Shown here: positions 38,190 through 47,224 of the stretch, piece by piece
Layout of the letters: every line of letters starts with the position of its first letter
Position numbering within the stretch: the stretch's first letter is position 1
NCBI GenBank assembly: GCA_043747615.1
Contig: JAYTOU010000023.1
Coordinates: forward strand, 128,001 to 192,000
From: Myxococcales bacterium
Lineage (GTDB): Bacteria > Myxococcota_A > Polyangia > Polyangiales > Polyangiaceae
Reading direction: 5' to 3'
Length of the DNA: 64,000 bases
Position numbers and translations under genes: made by a program
Notes under the pieces: model-generated
What the model saw: the letters and a program-made list of their open reading frames with translations, nothing else
What the model was told of the DNA's origin: nothing
Databases searched by the model: none

Positions 38190-39251
38190 ATGAAGTTCGT
38201 GGATAGCTGCCAGCTCAAAGTCATCGCGGGTCGTGGGGGAAATGGCGCCGTCGCCTTTCTTCGCGAGAAGTACATTCCGCACGGCGGCCCGAACGGTGGG
38301 GACGGCGGCAAGGGCGGCGACGTGATCTTTCACACCGACCCAGGTCGCTCCACGCTTCTCGACTTCACGCACGCGCGCTCTCTCAAAGCCGACGACGGTG
38401 ACAACGGGAAGGGCAAACAAATGTATGGGCGAGGCGGCGAAGATCTCGTCTGCCGCGTCCCCGTAGGCACCCAGATCATCGACAAGAAGACGGGCAAGCT
38501 CCTCTTCGATCTCGATCAGCCCGACGTGAGCACCGTCGTCGCCCGCGGCGGAAAAGGCGGTCGCGGCAACATGCACTTCGCAACTCCGTTCGACCGCGCG
38601 CCTCGGCGAGCGGAGCCTGGAGAAGAAGGCCAGGAGCGCGAGCTCCGTCTCGATCTGAAGGTGATGGCCGACGTGGGGCTCCTCGGATTTCCCAACGTCG
38701 GAAAGTCCACGTTCATTCGGGCGTGCTCCAAGGCCACTCCGAAGGTCGCCGATTATCCGTTCACCACGCTTGTCCCGCATCTCGGGGTCGTGTCGGTCGG
38801 CGAGGATGCCCACTTCGTCCTGGCCGATATTCCCGGCCTCATTCCCGGCGCCGCGGAGGGTGCGGGGCTCGGCATCCGTTTCTTGAAGCACGTAGAGCGG
38901 ACGCGGGCGCTCCTTCACATCGTCACCTTGGATCCCACCGAAGGGCGCGACCCGGTCGCGGACTACGACGCCATCTTGAACGAGCTCAAACGCTTCGATC
39001 CCAAGCTCGCCAAGCGCCCGACGATCGTCGCCATGAGCAAGGCCGACATCACCGAGGTGCGCGAGGAGTACAAGAAGCTGAAGGCCCGCTTCAAGCGCAA
39101 GAAGATCGAGTTGAGACTCTTTTCTTCCGCCACCGGTGAGGGTGTGAAGGAGGTTCTCCGCGAGCTCTTCGCCCTCGTCGCCGAAGCGAAAAAAGCGGAC
39201 GTGCCGCGCAAGCCCGTCGGTCCGAAAGGGCGCGCGCGAGCCCCGAAGTGA
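38190..39251 (+). CDS. obgE: Obg/CgtA GTPase
   Basis: MKFVD...GRGGNG...GGPNGGDGGKGG; GFPNVGKST, YPFTT, DIPG. Confidence 0.98.
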   Translation: MKFVDSCQLKVIAGRGGNGAVAFLREKYIPHGGPNGGDGGKGGDVIFHTDPGRSTLLDFTHARSLKADDGDNGKGKQMYGRGGEDLVCRVPVGTQIIDKKTGKLLFDLDQPDVSTVVARGGKGGRGNMHFATPFDRAPRRAEPGEEGQERELRLDLKVMADVGLLGFPNVGKSTFIRACSKATPKVADYPFTTLVPHLGVVSVGEDAHFVLADIPGLIPGAAEGAGLGIRFLKHVERTRALLHIVTLDPTEGRDPVADYDAILNELKRFDPKLAKRPTIVAMSKADITEVREEYKKLKARFKRKKIELRLFSSATGEGVKEVLRELFALVAEAKKADVPRKPVGPKGRARAPK

Positions 39252-40276
39252 GCGAGAAGACCGAAGAGCCGACCCCAAAGCGCCTCGACAAAGCGCGCGA
39301 GGACGGTGACTCCGGTTCGAGCGCGTTCGCGGCTCAGTCCCTCGGATTTTTGGTGGCCATCGTGGCCGTTCCTTCGGCGGTGCACGCGGCGGCCTCGTGG
39401 GGCGCAGATGCGTTGCGTGCAGCCATTCGCTCCGCTGCCAATGCTTCGGTGTCCGCGACGATTGATCCGCGCGCGCTTGCCGGACAGGTGATCGCGCTCT
39501 CCATCCCTGCCCTCCTCGCCGTGGGGATCACCGGGGCGGTGGCGAGCTTCGTTCAGTCGGGCGGAAGGATGAGCGCGAAGAAGCTCGCGCCGGATCTCAA
39601 GCGCCTCAACCCTTTCGAAGGCGTGAAGAATCTCGTCTCGGGTGCGCGGATCTTCTCCGTGGTGCGCGCGCTCTTCGGTGCGTCCATCGTATCGTACTTG
39701 GCGTATCGGGCGCTCCGGGCCCACGCCGTCGACGTTGCGCACCTCGTCGGTCGACCCGAGTACCTGCCGCTCGTCGCCGGAGAGATCGCCGCTCGCTTGG
39801 CGCGCGACGCCGCGCTCGTCGGTCTCGGGCTCGGAGTGCTCGACATCATCGTGGTCCGGCGCGGGTGGATGAAGCGGCTGCGGATGGGGAAAGACGAGGT
39901 CAAACGCGAGCACAAGGAGAGCGAAGGAGATCCTCAGACGAAGGCAGCGCGCGAGCGTGCTCGCCACGAGATGCTCGCGGCGGCAACCGTTGGCAACGTC
40001 CGCCACGCCACCGTGGTGGTCGTGAACCCGACGCACGTGGCCTGCGCGCTTCGCTACGACGACGCCGAAGGCGATGCGGCGCCCGTCGTCGTAGCGTCCG
40101 GGGAAGGCGATCTCGCGCAGCGCATCATCCGCGCCGCTCACGACTACGGCGTGCCCGTGGTGCGCGACGTACCGCTCGCCCGCGCGCTCATCGAGCTCGA
40201 GGTGGGGGATGCGATCCCCGAAGCGCTCTACGAAGCCGTCGCGGAGATCTTGCGCGAGGCCTCGGAAGACACCTAG
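39248..40276 (+). CDS. FlhB/SctU (EscU/YscU) export-apparatus switch protein
   Basis: EKTEEPTPKRLDKAREDG N-terminus, TM helices, KRLNPFEG, EVKREHKESEGDP, NPTH autocleavage motif, VPLARAL...IPEALYEAVAEIL. Confidence 0.93.
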   Translation: MSEKTEEPTPKRLDKAREDGDSGSSAFAAQSLGFLVAIVAVPSAVHAAASWGADALRAAIRSAANASVSATIDPRALAGQVIALSIPALLAVGITGAVASFVQSGGRMSAKKLAPDLKRLNPFEGVKNLVSGARIFSVVRALFGASIVSYLAYRALRAHAVDVAHLVGRPEYLPLVAGEIAARLARDAALVGLGLGVLDIIVVRRGWMKRLRMGKDEVKREHKESEGDPQTKAARERARHEMLAAATVGNVRHATVVVVNPTHVACALRYDDAEGDAAPVVVASGEGDLAQRIIRAAHDYGVPVVRDVPLARALIELEVGDAIPEALYEAVAEILREASEDT

Positions 40277-41299
40277 CTACGGTTGGGAGATGCTTCCACG
40301 CACAGCGAAGCACGCGGCGTCCTCGGCACGGCCGACGCTCGTGAACAGCTTGGCCAGCAGCGCGAGGCAAGCTTGGGTGGCCTGCTCGTCGTGACCTTCG
40401 CGCGCGCGAGCCAACGCATCGAGCGCTTCGAGGAGCGCTTCATCGGAGCGACCGGCAAACGCCAGGCCGACGCCGAGCGCGAGCGACGCCTGGCACCGCG
40501 TCGAGCTCGGCGCCGTTTCCGCCGCGCGCCTGGCTTCCTGTAGGGCGCGCAGAGCATCGCCCACGCGACCTCGCGACAGACGAGCGATCGCCCGCATCCG
40601 CTCGGCGAACGAATCTTTCTCACCGGTGGCTTTCAGGCCATCACTCCATCTCTCGAGCGAGTGGGCATCTCCGCCGATGAGCGCCTCTTTCGAGAGCTGC
40701 ATCAGGCGCGCAGCGAGCGCCTCCGGGTCCACTTCTTCCATGTCGAAGGAAGACGGGCTGCGGTAGCGAATCGCGTGGCGCGCGGGCTCGTTCGTCGCGA
40801 CGGCGTGCACTTCGACCTTCCAAGGGTTGCGGCTGTCGAGCTGCGCGCCGGCTACCGTGAGGCCGCCATCGGTCTCTTCGCGCGTCGCGAGGAGATTGAG
40901 CTGCGCTCGTTGGATGAAGCTCGCATCGAGCAAGACCTCCGCGGGCCGGGCAATGCGCGACAGCGTGAGAGCCACGACCAGCGGCACTCCCCACGCGAGA
41001 TCCGCGCGCGCGCCGGAGTGGGCGAGGAGCTGCATGTCTCCCTGGGCGATCCCGCAGGCCCAGGTGTCCTCTTCGGTCATCGCGTCTTCCCGCAGGCTCG
41101 CCGCGAGAGCAATGGCTTCTTCGGCCGCGTCGGGATCCCAGGAAAAAGCCAGGGTGAGCGCGCTCCACGCGGCGAGCGTTGCCCCGAGGGCTTCGGCACG
41201 CTGGGTGAGCGCACGTGCTCGCGGCAGGTACTCGGAGAACCCGCCGGCTCGAATTCCATCGGGCGACATCCGACAGCAAACTACGATTTTGTCACTCAT
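40277..41299 (-). CDS. Hypothetical protein: degenerate class III nucleotidyl-cyclase-like domain plus TPR-like helices
   Basis: WACGIAQGD...WGVPLVVALTLSRIARPAEVLLD echoes RIGIHxG...GxxVNxAxRL...GEVL; helical C-terminus; start ATG 41299. Confidence 0.6.
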   Translation of the reverse strand: MSDKIVVCCRMSPDGIRAGGFSEYLPRARALTQRAEALGATLAAWSALTLAFSWDPDAAEEAIALAASLREDAMTEEDTWACGIAQGDMQLLAHSGARADLAWGVPLVVALTLSRIARPAEVLLDASFIQRAQLNLLATREETDGGLTVAGAQLDSRNPWKVEVHAVATNEPARHAIRYRSPSSFDMEEVDPEALAARLMQLSKEALIGGDAHSLERWSDGLKATGEKDSFAERMRAIARLSRGRVGDALRALQEARRAAETAPSSTRCQASLALGVGLAFAGRSDEALLEALDALARAREGHDEQATQACLALLAKLFTSVGRAEDAACFAVRGSISQP

Positions 41300-41328
41300 G
41301 GGACCCGCGCCGCGACGGCTGGCAAGCC

Positions 41329-42033
41329 TCAGACACGGATGCGTTTCTTCAGCGCGGCAAGCTCGTCTTCCACGTCGGAGGACGCTGCGCCTTTCTCGCC
41401 TCGACCCGCTTCGAGATCGCGAAACTTCGCCTCGAGGTCCTGGGATTTTTCCCCTTTGCCGAGCGCCTCTTCGACCTCGTTCATCGCGCTCGATTCGGCC
41501 TCGCGCCCTTCGATTTTCTCTTCCATCTTCCGGAAGTTCTCGAAGGCGTTCGACCCGCCGCGCGCACCGAGACCTTCGGAGCCCTGGCCGGCCTTGGCCT
41601 GCGTCGCCCGAGCGGCGATGCTTCCCTTCTTCAGCTTTATTTCTTCGAGCTTCGCCTCCATGCGCTCGAACTCGGCCTTCATGGCAAGGGCGGTATCGCG
41701 CTGGCCGAGCCTGGCGTTTTCGGCGGCGGCGGCTTCTCCGGTGACACGCTTCTTTTGCTTTAGAGCTTCCCGCGCGAGCGCTTCGTCGCCACTCTTCAGG
41801 GCGAGCTCGGCGCGCTTTTCCCACTTCGCCGTCTCGGCCAGGAGCTCTTCCGCCTTCTTTTTGAGCTGCTTCTCTGCGGCAACGGCGCTGATCACGTCCT
41901 GCCGTCCGCGTTTCAGCTGCGCGTCCATCTCCTCGACCGTGAGATCGAGCAACTTGCGATCGTCCTCCGCCTTGTCGAGCAGGTTATTGACGTTGCTCGA
42001 GATGACCTTCCCCATCCGATCGAAGATTCCCAT
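41329..42033 (-). CDS. pspA: PspA/IM30 family protein
   Basis: MGIFDRMGKVISSNVNNLLDKAED, AELALKSGDEALAREAL, FENFRKMEEKI, VEDELAALK. Confidence 0.93.
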   Translation of the reverse strand: MGIFDRMGKVISSNVNNLLDKAEDDRKLLDLTVEEMDAQLKRGRQDVISAVAAEKQLKKKAEELLAETAKWEKRAELALKSGDEALAREALKQKKRVTGEAAAAENARLGQRDTALAMKAEFERMEAKLEEIKLKKGSIAARATQAKAGQGSEGLGARGGSNAFENFRKMEEKIEGREAESSAMNEVEEALGKGEKSQDLEAKFRDLEAGRGEKGAASSDVEDELAALKKRIRV

Positions 42034-42102
42034 TAGCCGTGGCTCCTGCGTTGCAGATGAAGTTGGTCTAAGGTTACCATTTTCAGCAAAGTGGAGGCTC
42101 AC

Positions 42103-42279
42103 ATGCCGACGTGCAAGGTGTGCGACAACGAAGCCGATAGCCTGATGGCCGTCAAAGTGGACGGGAAAACCAAGAAGATGTGCGAGGACTGCGCCGATCG
42201 CGTCCGCGAGGAAGGCGAGGTAGCGGAGGCCAGCGAGGCTGTCGTGCAGAACATGATGGGCTTCAAAGGGCGCAGGTGA
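42103..42279 (+). CDS. Small CxxC...CxxC zinc-finger protein (58 aa)
   Basis: GGAGG RBS; CKVC...CEDC; strong codon bias. Confidence 0.75.
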   Translation: MPTCKVCDNEADSLMAVKVDGKTKKMCEDCADRVREEGEVAEASEAVVQNMMGFKGRR

Positions 42280-42295
42280 GGCACGACCCGAGCGG

Positions 42296-43705
42296 CTACT
42301 TGTTCAAGATGTGAACGGCTTGGCCGAGGCCGTGAAGAGAGGCCTCCATCATTCCTTCGCCGAGCGTGGGATGCGGATGGATGGTGAGACCGACGTCTTC
42401 GAGGAAGGCGTGCATCTCGAGCGCGAGCGCTCCTTCGCTGATGAGATCGCTCGCCTCAGGGCCGACGATGTGAACGCCCAGAAGCTCGTGCGTTTTCTTG
42501 TCGGAGACGACCTTGAAGAACCCGTCGGTCTCGTTGACCGCCATGGCCCGACCAAGCGCTGAGAACGGAAATTTGCCGATCTTGACGTCGATGCCCTTGG
42601 CCTTCGCTTCCGCTTCGGTGAGGCCAGCGACGGCGATCTCCGGATCGGTGAAGATGGCCGCGGGAATGGACACCCAATCCTTCGCAGCTTTGTGGCCAGC
42701 GATGATCTCGGCCACGACCTCGCCTTCTTTGCTGGCCTTGTGCGCGAGCATGGGGAAACCGCTCACGTCACCGATCGCGTAGATCGACGGGACGTTGGTG
42801 CGTCCGGAGATGTCGGTGGGGACGAACCCGCGCTCGACCTTCACCCCAGCCGCTTCGAGACCGAGGTTCGCGCCGTTGGGCCGCATTCCCACCGCCACGA
42901 GGACCACGTCGCAGACGATGGTGTCGTGTTTTCCGTCTCCGAGGTCGACCTTGACCGAGACCGATCCATCTTTGTTTTTCTCGGCGCCGAGAGCTTTCGC
43001 GTTCTTGAAAATTTTCGCTCCGAGCTTGGTGAGCCTCTTTTCGACGACCGCCGTGAGATCGGGATCGACGCCGGGAAGAAGGCCCGCGGTCATCTCCACG
43101 ACCGTCAACTCGCTGCCGAATTTTTGATAGACCATCCCGAGCTCGAGCCCAATGACGCCGCCGCCGATGACGAGGAGCCGCTTCGGAATTTCTCGCAGGC
43201 TGACCGCTTCTTTGGCGCCGATGATCTGCGTGCCGTCGAACTTGAAGGAGGGGATCTCGATGGTCGACGAGCCGCTGGCGATGACGATGGCCTTGGCATC
43301 GATCGTCTCCTTCGTTCCTTCTTTGGTCGTCACTTCCACCGTCGTCGGGCCGGTGACCTTGGCCTCGCCCATCATCAGCTCGGCGCCGTTACCCTTTAGA
43401 AGACCGCGGACACCGGTGGTGAGCTTCTTCACGATGCCCCCCTTCCAGTCCTGCATCTTGGCGACGTCGATGCGGAGCCCGTCGGTCATCAGGCCGATCG
43501 TCGCGCCGTGCTTTACCTTCTCGTACGTGTGGCTGGTGGCGATGAGAGCCTTCGACGGGACGCACCCCCAGTTGAGACACACGCCGCCCACTTCGTCTTT
43601 CTCGACGAGGAGTACTTTCTGCTTTAGCTGTCCGAGCCTGATCGCGCAGACGTATCCGCCGGGGCCTCCGCCAATCACAACTGCGTCGTAACTCTTGTTC
43701 GCCAT
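42296..43705 (-). CDS. lpdA: Dihydrolipoamide dehydrogenase (E3)
   Basis: GGGPGGY, GGVCLNWGCVPSK, GGGVIGLE, HPHPTLGE. Confidence 0.97.
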   Translation of the reverse strand: MANKSYDAVVIGGGPGGYVCAIRLGQLKQKVLLVEKDEVGGVCLNWGCVPSKALIATSHTYEKVKHGATIGLMTDGLRIDVAKMQDWKGGIVKKLTTGVRGLLKGNGAELMMGEAKVTGPTTVEVTTKEGTKETIDAKAIVIASGSSTIEIPSFKFDGTQIIGAKEAVSLREIPKRLLVIGGGVIGLELGMVYQKFGSELTVVEMTAGLLPGVDPDLTAVVEKRLTKLGAKIFKNAKALGAEKNKDGSVSVKVDLGDGKHDTIVCDVVLVAVGMRPNGANLGLEAAGVKVERGFVPTDISGRTNVPSIYAIGDVSGFPMLAHKASKEGEVVAEIIAGHKAAKDWVSIPAAIFTDPEIAVAGLTEAEAKAKGIDVKIGKFPFSALGRAMAVNETDGFFKVVSDKKTHELLGVHIVGPEASDLISEGALALEMHAFLEDVGLTIHPHPTLGEGMMEASLHGLGQAVHILNK

Positions 43706-43738
43706 GTGTCCTCTGATGGGTGCGGATGACTGGTCGAA

Positions 43739-44860
43739 TTAATGCGTAGGGGCTGGCGGAAGCTTGGATAAGGCCTCCGCCTGCTCACGCAAATTCCACG
43801 GGAGCTCAGCGTAAACATCTTCGAAGAGGGATGCTCGGGGCGGAGGCGGCAATTTTTCCACCTCGTTCACCGCGGTCTGGATGTCGGCGGTCAGCTCGGC
43901 GTCGAGCTCTGCGTCACTCGCTTCGGTCACCAGCCCGAGGAGCGCGAGGTGCTTTCGCAAGCGGTCCAGGGGATCTTTTTTCGCCCAGGCCTCGACCTCT
44001 TCGTTCGAGCGGTAGCGGGTTGGGTCGTCGCTCGTGGAGTGGGCGCCGATGCGGTACGTGAGAGCCTCGATGAAGGTGGGCCCCTCGCCGGCGCGCGCGC
44101 GCTGGGCGGCGTCGGTGATGACCTTGTAGACTGCAAGCAAATCGTTTCCATCGACGCGGACGCTGGGAACGCCGTACGCGCGCCCCTTGATGGCGAGCGT
44201 GCGCGACGCCGTCTGCTTCTCCGTCGGTACGCTGATCGACCAATGGTTGTTCTGGCAGATGAGAAGACACGGCACCTTGAAGCGCGCAGCGAAGCTCATC
44301 GCGTTGTGAAAATCGGGTTGGCTCGTTGCGCCGTCGCCCAAGAAACCGACCGAGACGGCGGGGTCGCGACGAAGCTTCATGGCCCACGCGGCGCCGACGG
44401 CCTGGGGGATCTGCGGACCAATGCACGACGACCAGCTCACCTGGTTCACGCTTCTGCCCGAGTGATGGCTCGGCATCTGCCGCCCCTTGAGGACGTCGCC
44501 GCTGTTGCCGAAGACTTGAGCGATGAACTGCTGCAGCGGGAAGCCGCGCACGAGCATCACGCTTTGTTCGCGGAGCGCGGGGAAGACCCAGTCGTCTTTG
44601 CCGAGGGCGAGACCGGTGGCGATGGGAACGGCCTCTTGCCCGGTGCACGCACCGTAGAAACCTACGCGTCCCTGGCGCTGGAGGACGATCATGCGCGCGT
44701 CGATGGCGCGAAGGCGACGCATCTCCCGATACCCGCGCAAAAGAAGCTCTTTGCTGAGCGCCGGATCGTTCGCCGGATCCACGGAGCCGTCGTCGCGAAG
44801 AACCCGAAAGAGCCCCACGTCCGCGTCCGTTTCGTTTACTTCTCCGCTCGCGCTGCTCAT
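43739..44860 (-). CDS. 2-oxoacid dehydrogenase E1 alpha (PdhA/BkdA type)
   Basis: LQRQGR, GQEA, KGRQMPSH, GDGATS...QNNHWSIS, YRIGAHSTSDDPTRYR; start ATG 44860. Confidence 0.93.
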   Translation of the reverse strand: MSSASGEVNETDADVGLFRVLRDDGSVDPANDPALSKELLLRGYREMRRLRAIDARMIVLQRQGRVGFYGACTGQEAVPIATGLALGKDDWVFPALREQSVMLVRGFPLQQFIAQVFGNSGDVLKGRQMPSHHSGRSVNQVSWSSCIGPQIPQAVGAAWAMKLRRDPAVSVGFLGDGATSQPDFHNAMSFAARFKVPCLLICQNNHWSISVPTEKQTASRTLAIKGRAYGVPSVRVDGNDLLAVYKVITDAAQRARAGEGPTFIEALTYRIGAHSTSDDPTRYRSNEEVEAWAKKDPLDRLRKHLALLGLVTEASDAELDAELTADIQTAVNEVEKLPPPPRASLFEDVYAELPWNLREQAEALSKLPPAPTH

Positions 44861-45804
44861 TACGGCGTGCAGAAACCCAGCCATGCGGGCGCCCCGGTGA
44901 ACGTTCCGCCGCAGCCCTTGCCCGCGGAGCATCCGCCGAACGTGGCGCCACCGGTGGAGAGACCGCCGGCATCGAACGGCGGCGGCCCGCCATCGGCGTG
45001 GTAGCAAGTCGTCGTGCACTTCGAAGGGCCGCCGTCGCCCGGGCCGAGGCATTCGAGGCCGTCCGCGCACTCGTTAGCGATCGTGCAGACCGTGTCCTGG
45101 GCTTTGCCTGGTGCCATGAAAATTTCGCTGCAGCGGAAGCTGACGCTGTCGCCCTGGAGCAAGCACGCGTAATTCGGAGGGCAGGACTGGACGTGGAATG
45201 GCTTGCAGACGCCCTTGTACGTGCAGGCGTGGAACACGGGGAGCCCGGCGGCGTCGGGAAAATCTTCGACGATGGTGATGTCGCAGGAGCCGTGAAATCC
45301 TTCGGGGACGCTCTGACCGCACACGCTGTCGTCGCCGGGGCAGCAGTGCGGCGTGCAGCGTGCCGTGGGCGTTCCGCCGTCGGTGCACGCGGGGCCGATG
45401 CACTCGAGACCAGGGACGCACTGATTTTGCTGACCGGGGCAGCAGGTCGAGCCGAGTGGGCGGTTGCCCGTTCCTGGATCCTGGCAGGTCGTCGTCGGGC
45501 CGCCATCGGTGCCGAGAGCCACGACACACTCTTTTCCGCCCGCGCAGTCCTGAAGGACGAGATCGCATGCCGGGCCGCTCGCTGGGCTGCAGTTGCCCTT
45601 CATCATCATGCCGTCGGCGTTGGCGGCGCTATCGGTGCCCGCGTCTCCGCCGGTCGACTGATCGCCCGATGGGGCATCGCCGCTCATCGATCCGTCCATC
45701 GTGCCACCTGCGTCGACCGCGGGGATCGAGCTGCAGGCAATTCCGGCGATGCTGGCGCCGCCGACGAGTGCGGCCACCACGAAAGGAAAAATACGCTGTT
45801 TCAA
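44860..45804 (-). CDS. Cys-rich lipoprotein
   Basis: Lipobox GIAC; many Cys; repeated DAG/DGG motifs. Confidence 0.8.
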   Translation of the reverse strand: MKQRIFPFVVAALVGGASIAGIACSSIPAVDAGGTMDGSMSGDAPSGDQSTGGDAGTDSAANADGMMMKGNCSPASGPACDLVLQDCAGGKECVVALGTDGGPTTTCQDPGTGNRPLGSTCCPGQQNQCVPGLECIGPACTDGGTPTARCTPHCCPGDDSVCGQSVPEGFHGSCDITIVEDFPDAAGLPVFHACTYKGVCKPFHVQSCPPNYACLLQGDSVSFRCSEIFMAPGKAQDTVCTIANECADGLECLGPGDGGPSKCTTTCYHADGGPPPFDAGGLSTGGATFGGCSAGKGCGGTFTGAPAWLGFCTP

Positions 45805-45869
45805 AGTACCCTCACGAACAAGTCAAGCCGTCTCCTGCATCGTAGCCCATGTCAGCTCCGCCGCTACGT

Positions 45870-46067
45870 TCAGGGGCCGGCTCCGGTGTCTGTCGCGCCC
45901 GCATCTTCGAAGGCACGGCGGAGCGCAGGGCTCACGAGCATGCGCTTGTTGTTCAAGGGGGTCGTCGGGGTCTCGAGCTTTTCTTGCGAGCGGTGTTCGT
46001 CGTCATCGCAACCTGAGCATCCGGTTGAGGAAATTCCGAGGAAGACGACGAAGCAGAAAATTCGCAT
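45870..46067 (-). CDS. Small lipoprotein
   Basis: MRIFCFVVFLGISSTGC signal peptide with lipobox; C-terminal EDAG motif. Confidence 0.5.
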   Translation of the reverse strand: MRIFCFVVFLGISSTGCSGCDDDEHRSQEKLETPTTPLNNKRMLVSPALRRAFEDAGATDTGAGP

Positions 46068-46087
46068 GGGGGCATTTGTGTCGCACA

Positions 46088-46125
46088 AAGAAAAAAAGGG
46101 CGGAAGGGATTTCCCTTCCACCCTC
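46088..46125 (-). terminator. Intrinsic terminator after the Cys-rich lipoprotein gene
   Basis: Minus strand AGGGTGGAAGGG-aaat-CCCTTCCGCCCT followed by a T run. Confidence 0.8.
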
Positions 46126-46159
46126 AATCTCGTTCAGCGCTAAGCGCCGATTTACTGAA

Positions 46160-46927
46160 TCAGCCCGGACCTGCGTCGACCGCGACGCCGCCGCCGCAGA
46201 AGATCTTCGTCAGGCGTTTCGCGCTGTCCTGGAAGGTCTCGCCGCTGGGGCCCGTGCACGCAGCTGCGGGGCCGCCGTCGGCTTCTTCTGCGTCGGCGCA
46301 AGCTGCAGCGTCGCCGTAGGTCTTGCAGGCGCCGGTGGGTGCCTTGGCGGTGCAGGCGTTGAGCGCAGCAAGCTCGGCGTCGACTGTCGCCTGGTTCGAG
46401 CCGTCTGCTGCAAGCTGCTCGACGGGGCAGTTGGCGTCACATGCTGCGTTGGCGCATTGTGTCGAGGCCTGGACCTTGGAGGCGCAGCTTCCGGCAGCAA
46501 TGTTGCCGTCCTTTACACCGATGCAGCCGGCGTTGTTTAGGGAGACAAGCCCACCGCCCTGGGAGATCATCGGGCCCGCGGCGTTGGGGCCCGCGCACTT
46601 GAGGCAAGCGGCGTTTGCCGCGTTCTTGCTTAAGGCCTTGCAGGTCGCCGCGTCGGGGAGGGTGTCGAAGAGGCAGTCGACGTACGCGTCGACCTGGCTG
46701 TCCGTGCACGCGCCGAGCGTGAGGGCCGGGGGGAGGAAGGTCGGCATGAACGTCGCGACGTCGCCGGCCATACAGGCCTTGCTGGCGTCAGCGACGGGGC
46801 TCGCTTCGCGCCCTCCGTCCTTGGTGATGCCGCCTTCGCCGTTGTCGACCACCGGGTTGACGACCGTCGCTGAACACGCAATCGCGAGAACTCCGACAGA
46901 CGCAAAAACAAGAGCCTTCTTAATCAT
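46160..46927 (-). CDS. Cys-rich lipoprotein
   Basis: AGGAGG RBS, lipobox AIAC, helical Cys-rich body, ends VDAGPG. Confidence 0.85.
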   Translation of the reverse strand: MIKKALVFASVGVLAIACSATVVNPVVDNGEGGITKDGGREASPVADASKACMAGDVATFMPTFLPPALTLGACTDSQVDAYVDCLFDTLPDAATCKALSKNAANAACLKCAGPNAAGPMISQGGGLVSLNNAGCIGVKDGNIAAGSCASKVQASTQCANAACDANCPVEQLAADGSNQATVDAELAALNACTAKAPTGACKTYGDAAACADAEEADGGPAAACTGPSGETFQDSAKRLTKIFCGGGVAVDAGPG

Positions 46928-47224
46928 GTAATCCTCCTAAAACCTTCCGCGGCGCGAGCGCCGCAAGCAATCAAAGACCTCGGTCGTGATGAAAAGCGAT
47001 TCAACCTTCCCGGGGGCTCGTTACCGTGACGTTCGTTTTACCTTCGTGCAAGCCGCGGAATTTTCCACTGATTCCATTGGCGGGCGGAAAAGTTGGCGGA
47101 GTATACGGTCCGAAAGAGATGCGTCAACTACCTAGTCGGGAAAAGTGCCCCGCCGGTTTTGAAGGTGCTGGGCGAGTTAAAAAACTCCGCACGGCGGGTA
47201 AGACGACGCGCCCCGGAAATTGAT

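Noticed and set aside
36563..38311. 582-aa fusion-looking ORF; likewise the long 5' extensions of 30182..31735, 31240..32694, 40277..41824, 26825..27865 and 59000..60244
   Set aside because: The N-terminal extensions are out-of-frame read-through over neighbouring genes; homology starts much later, so these are not true fusions
46928..47224. AT-richer intergenic region with GGAAAAGT occurring twice
   Set aside because: Probably an ordinary promoter region; repeats too short to support a claim and ORFs unconvincing
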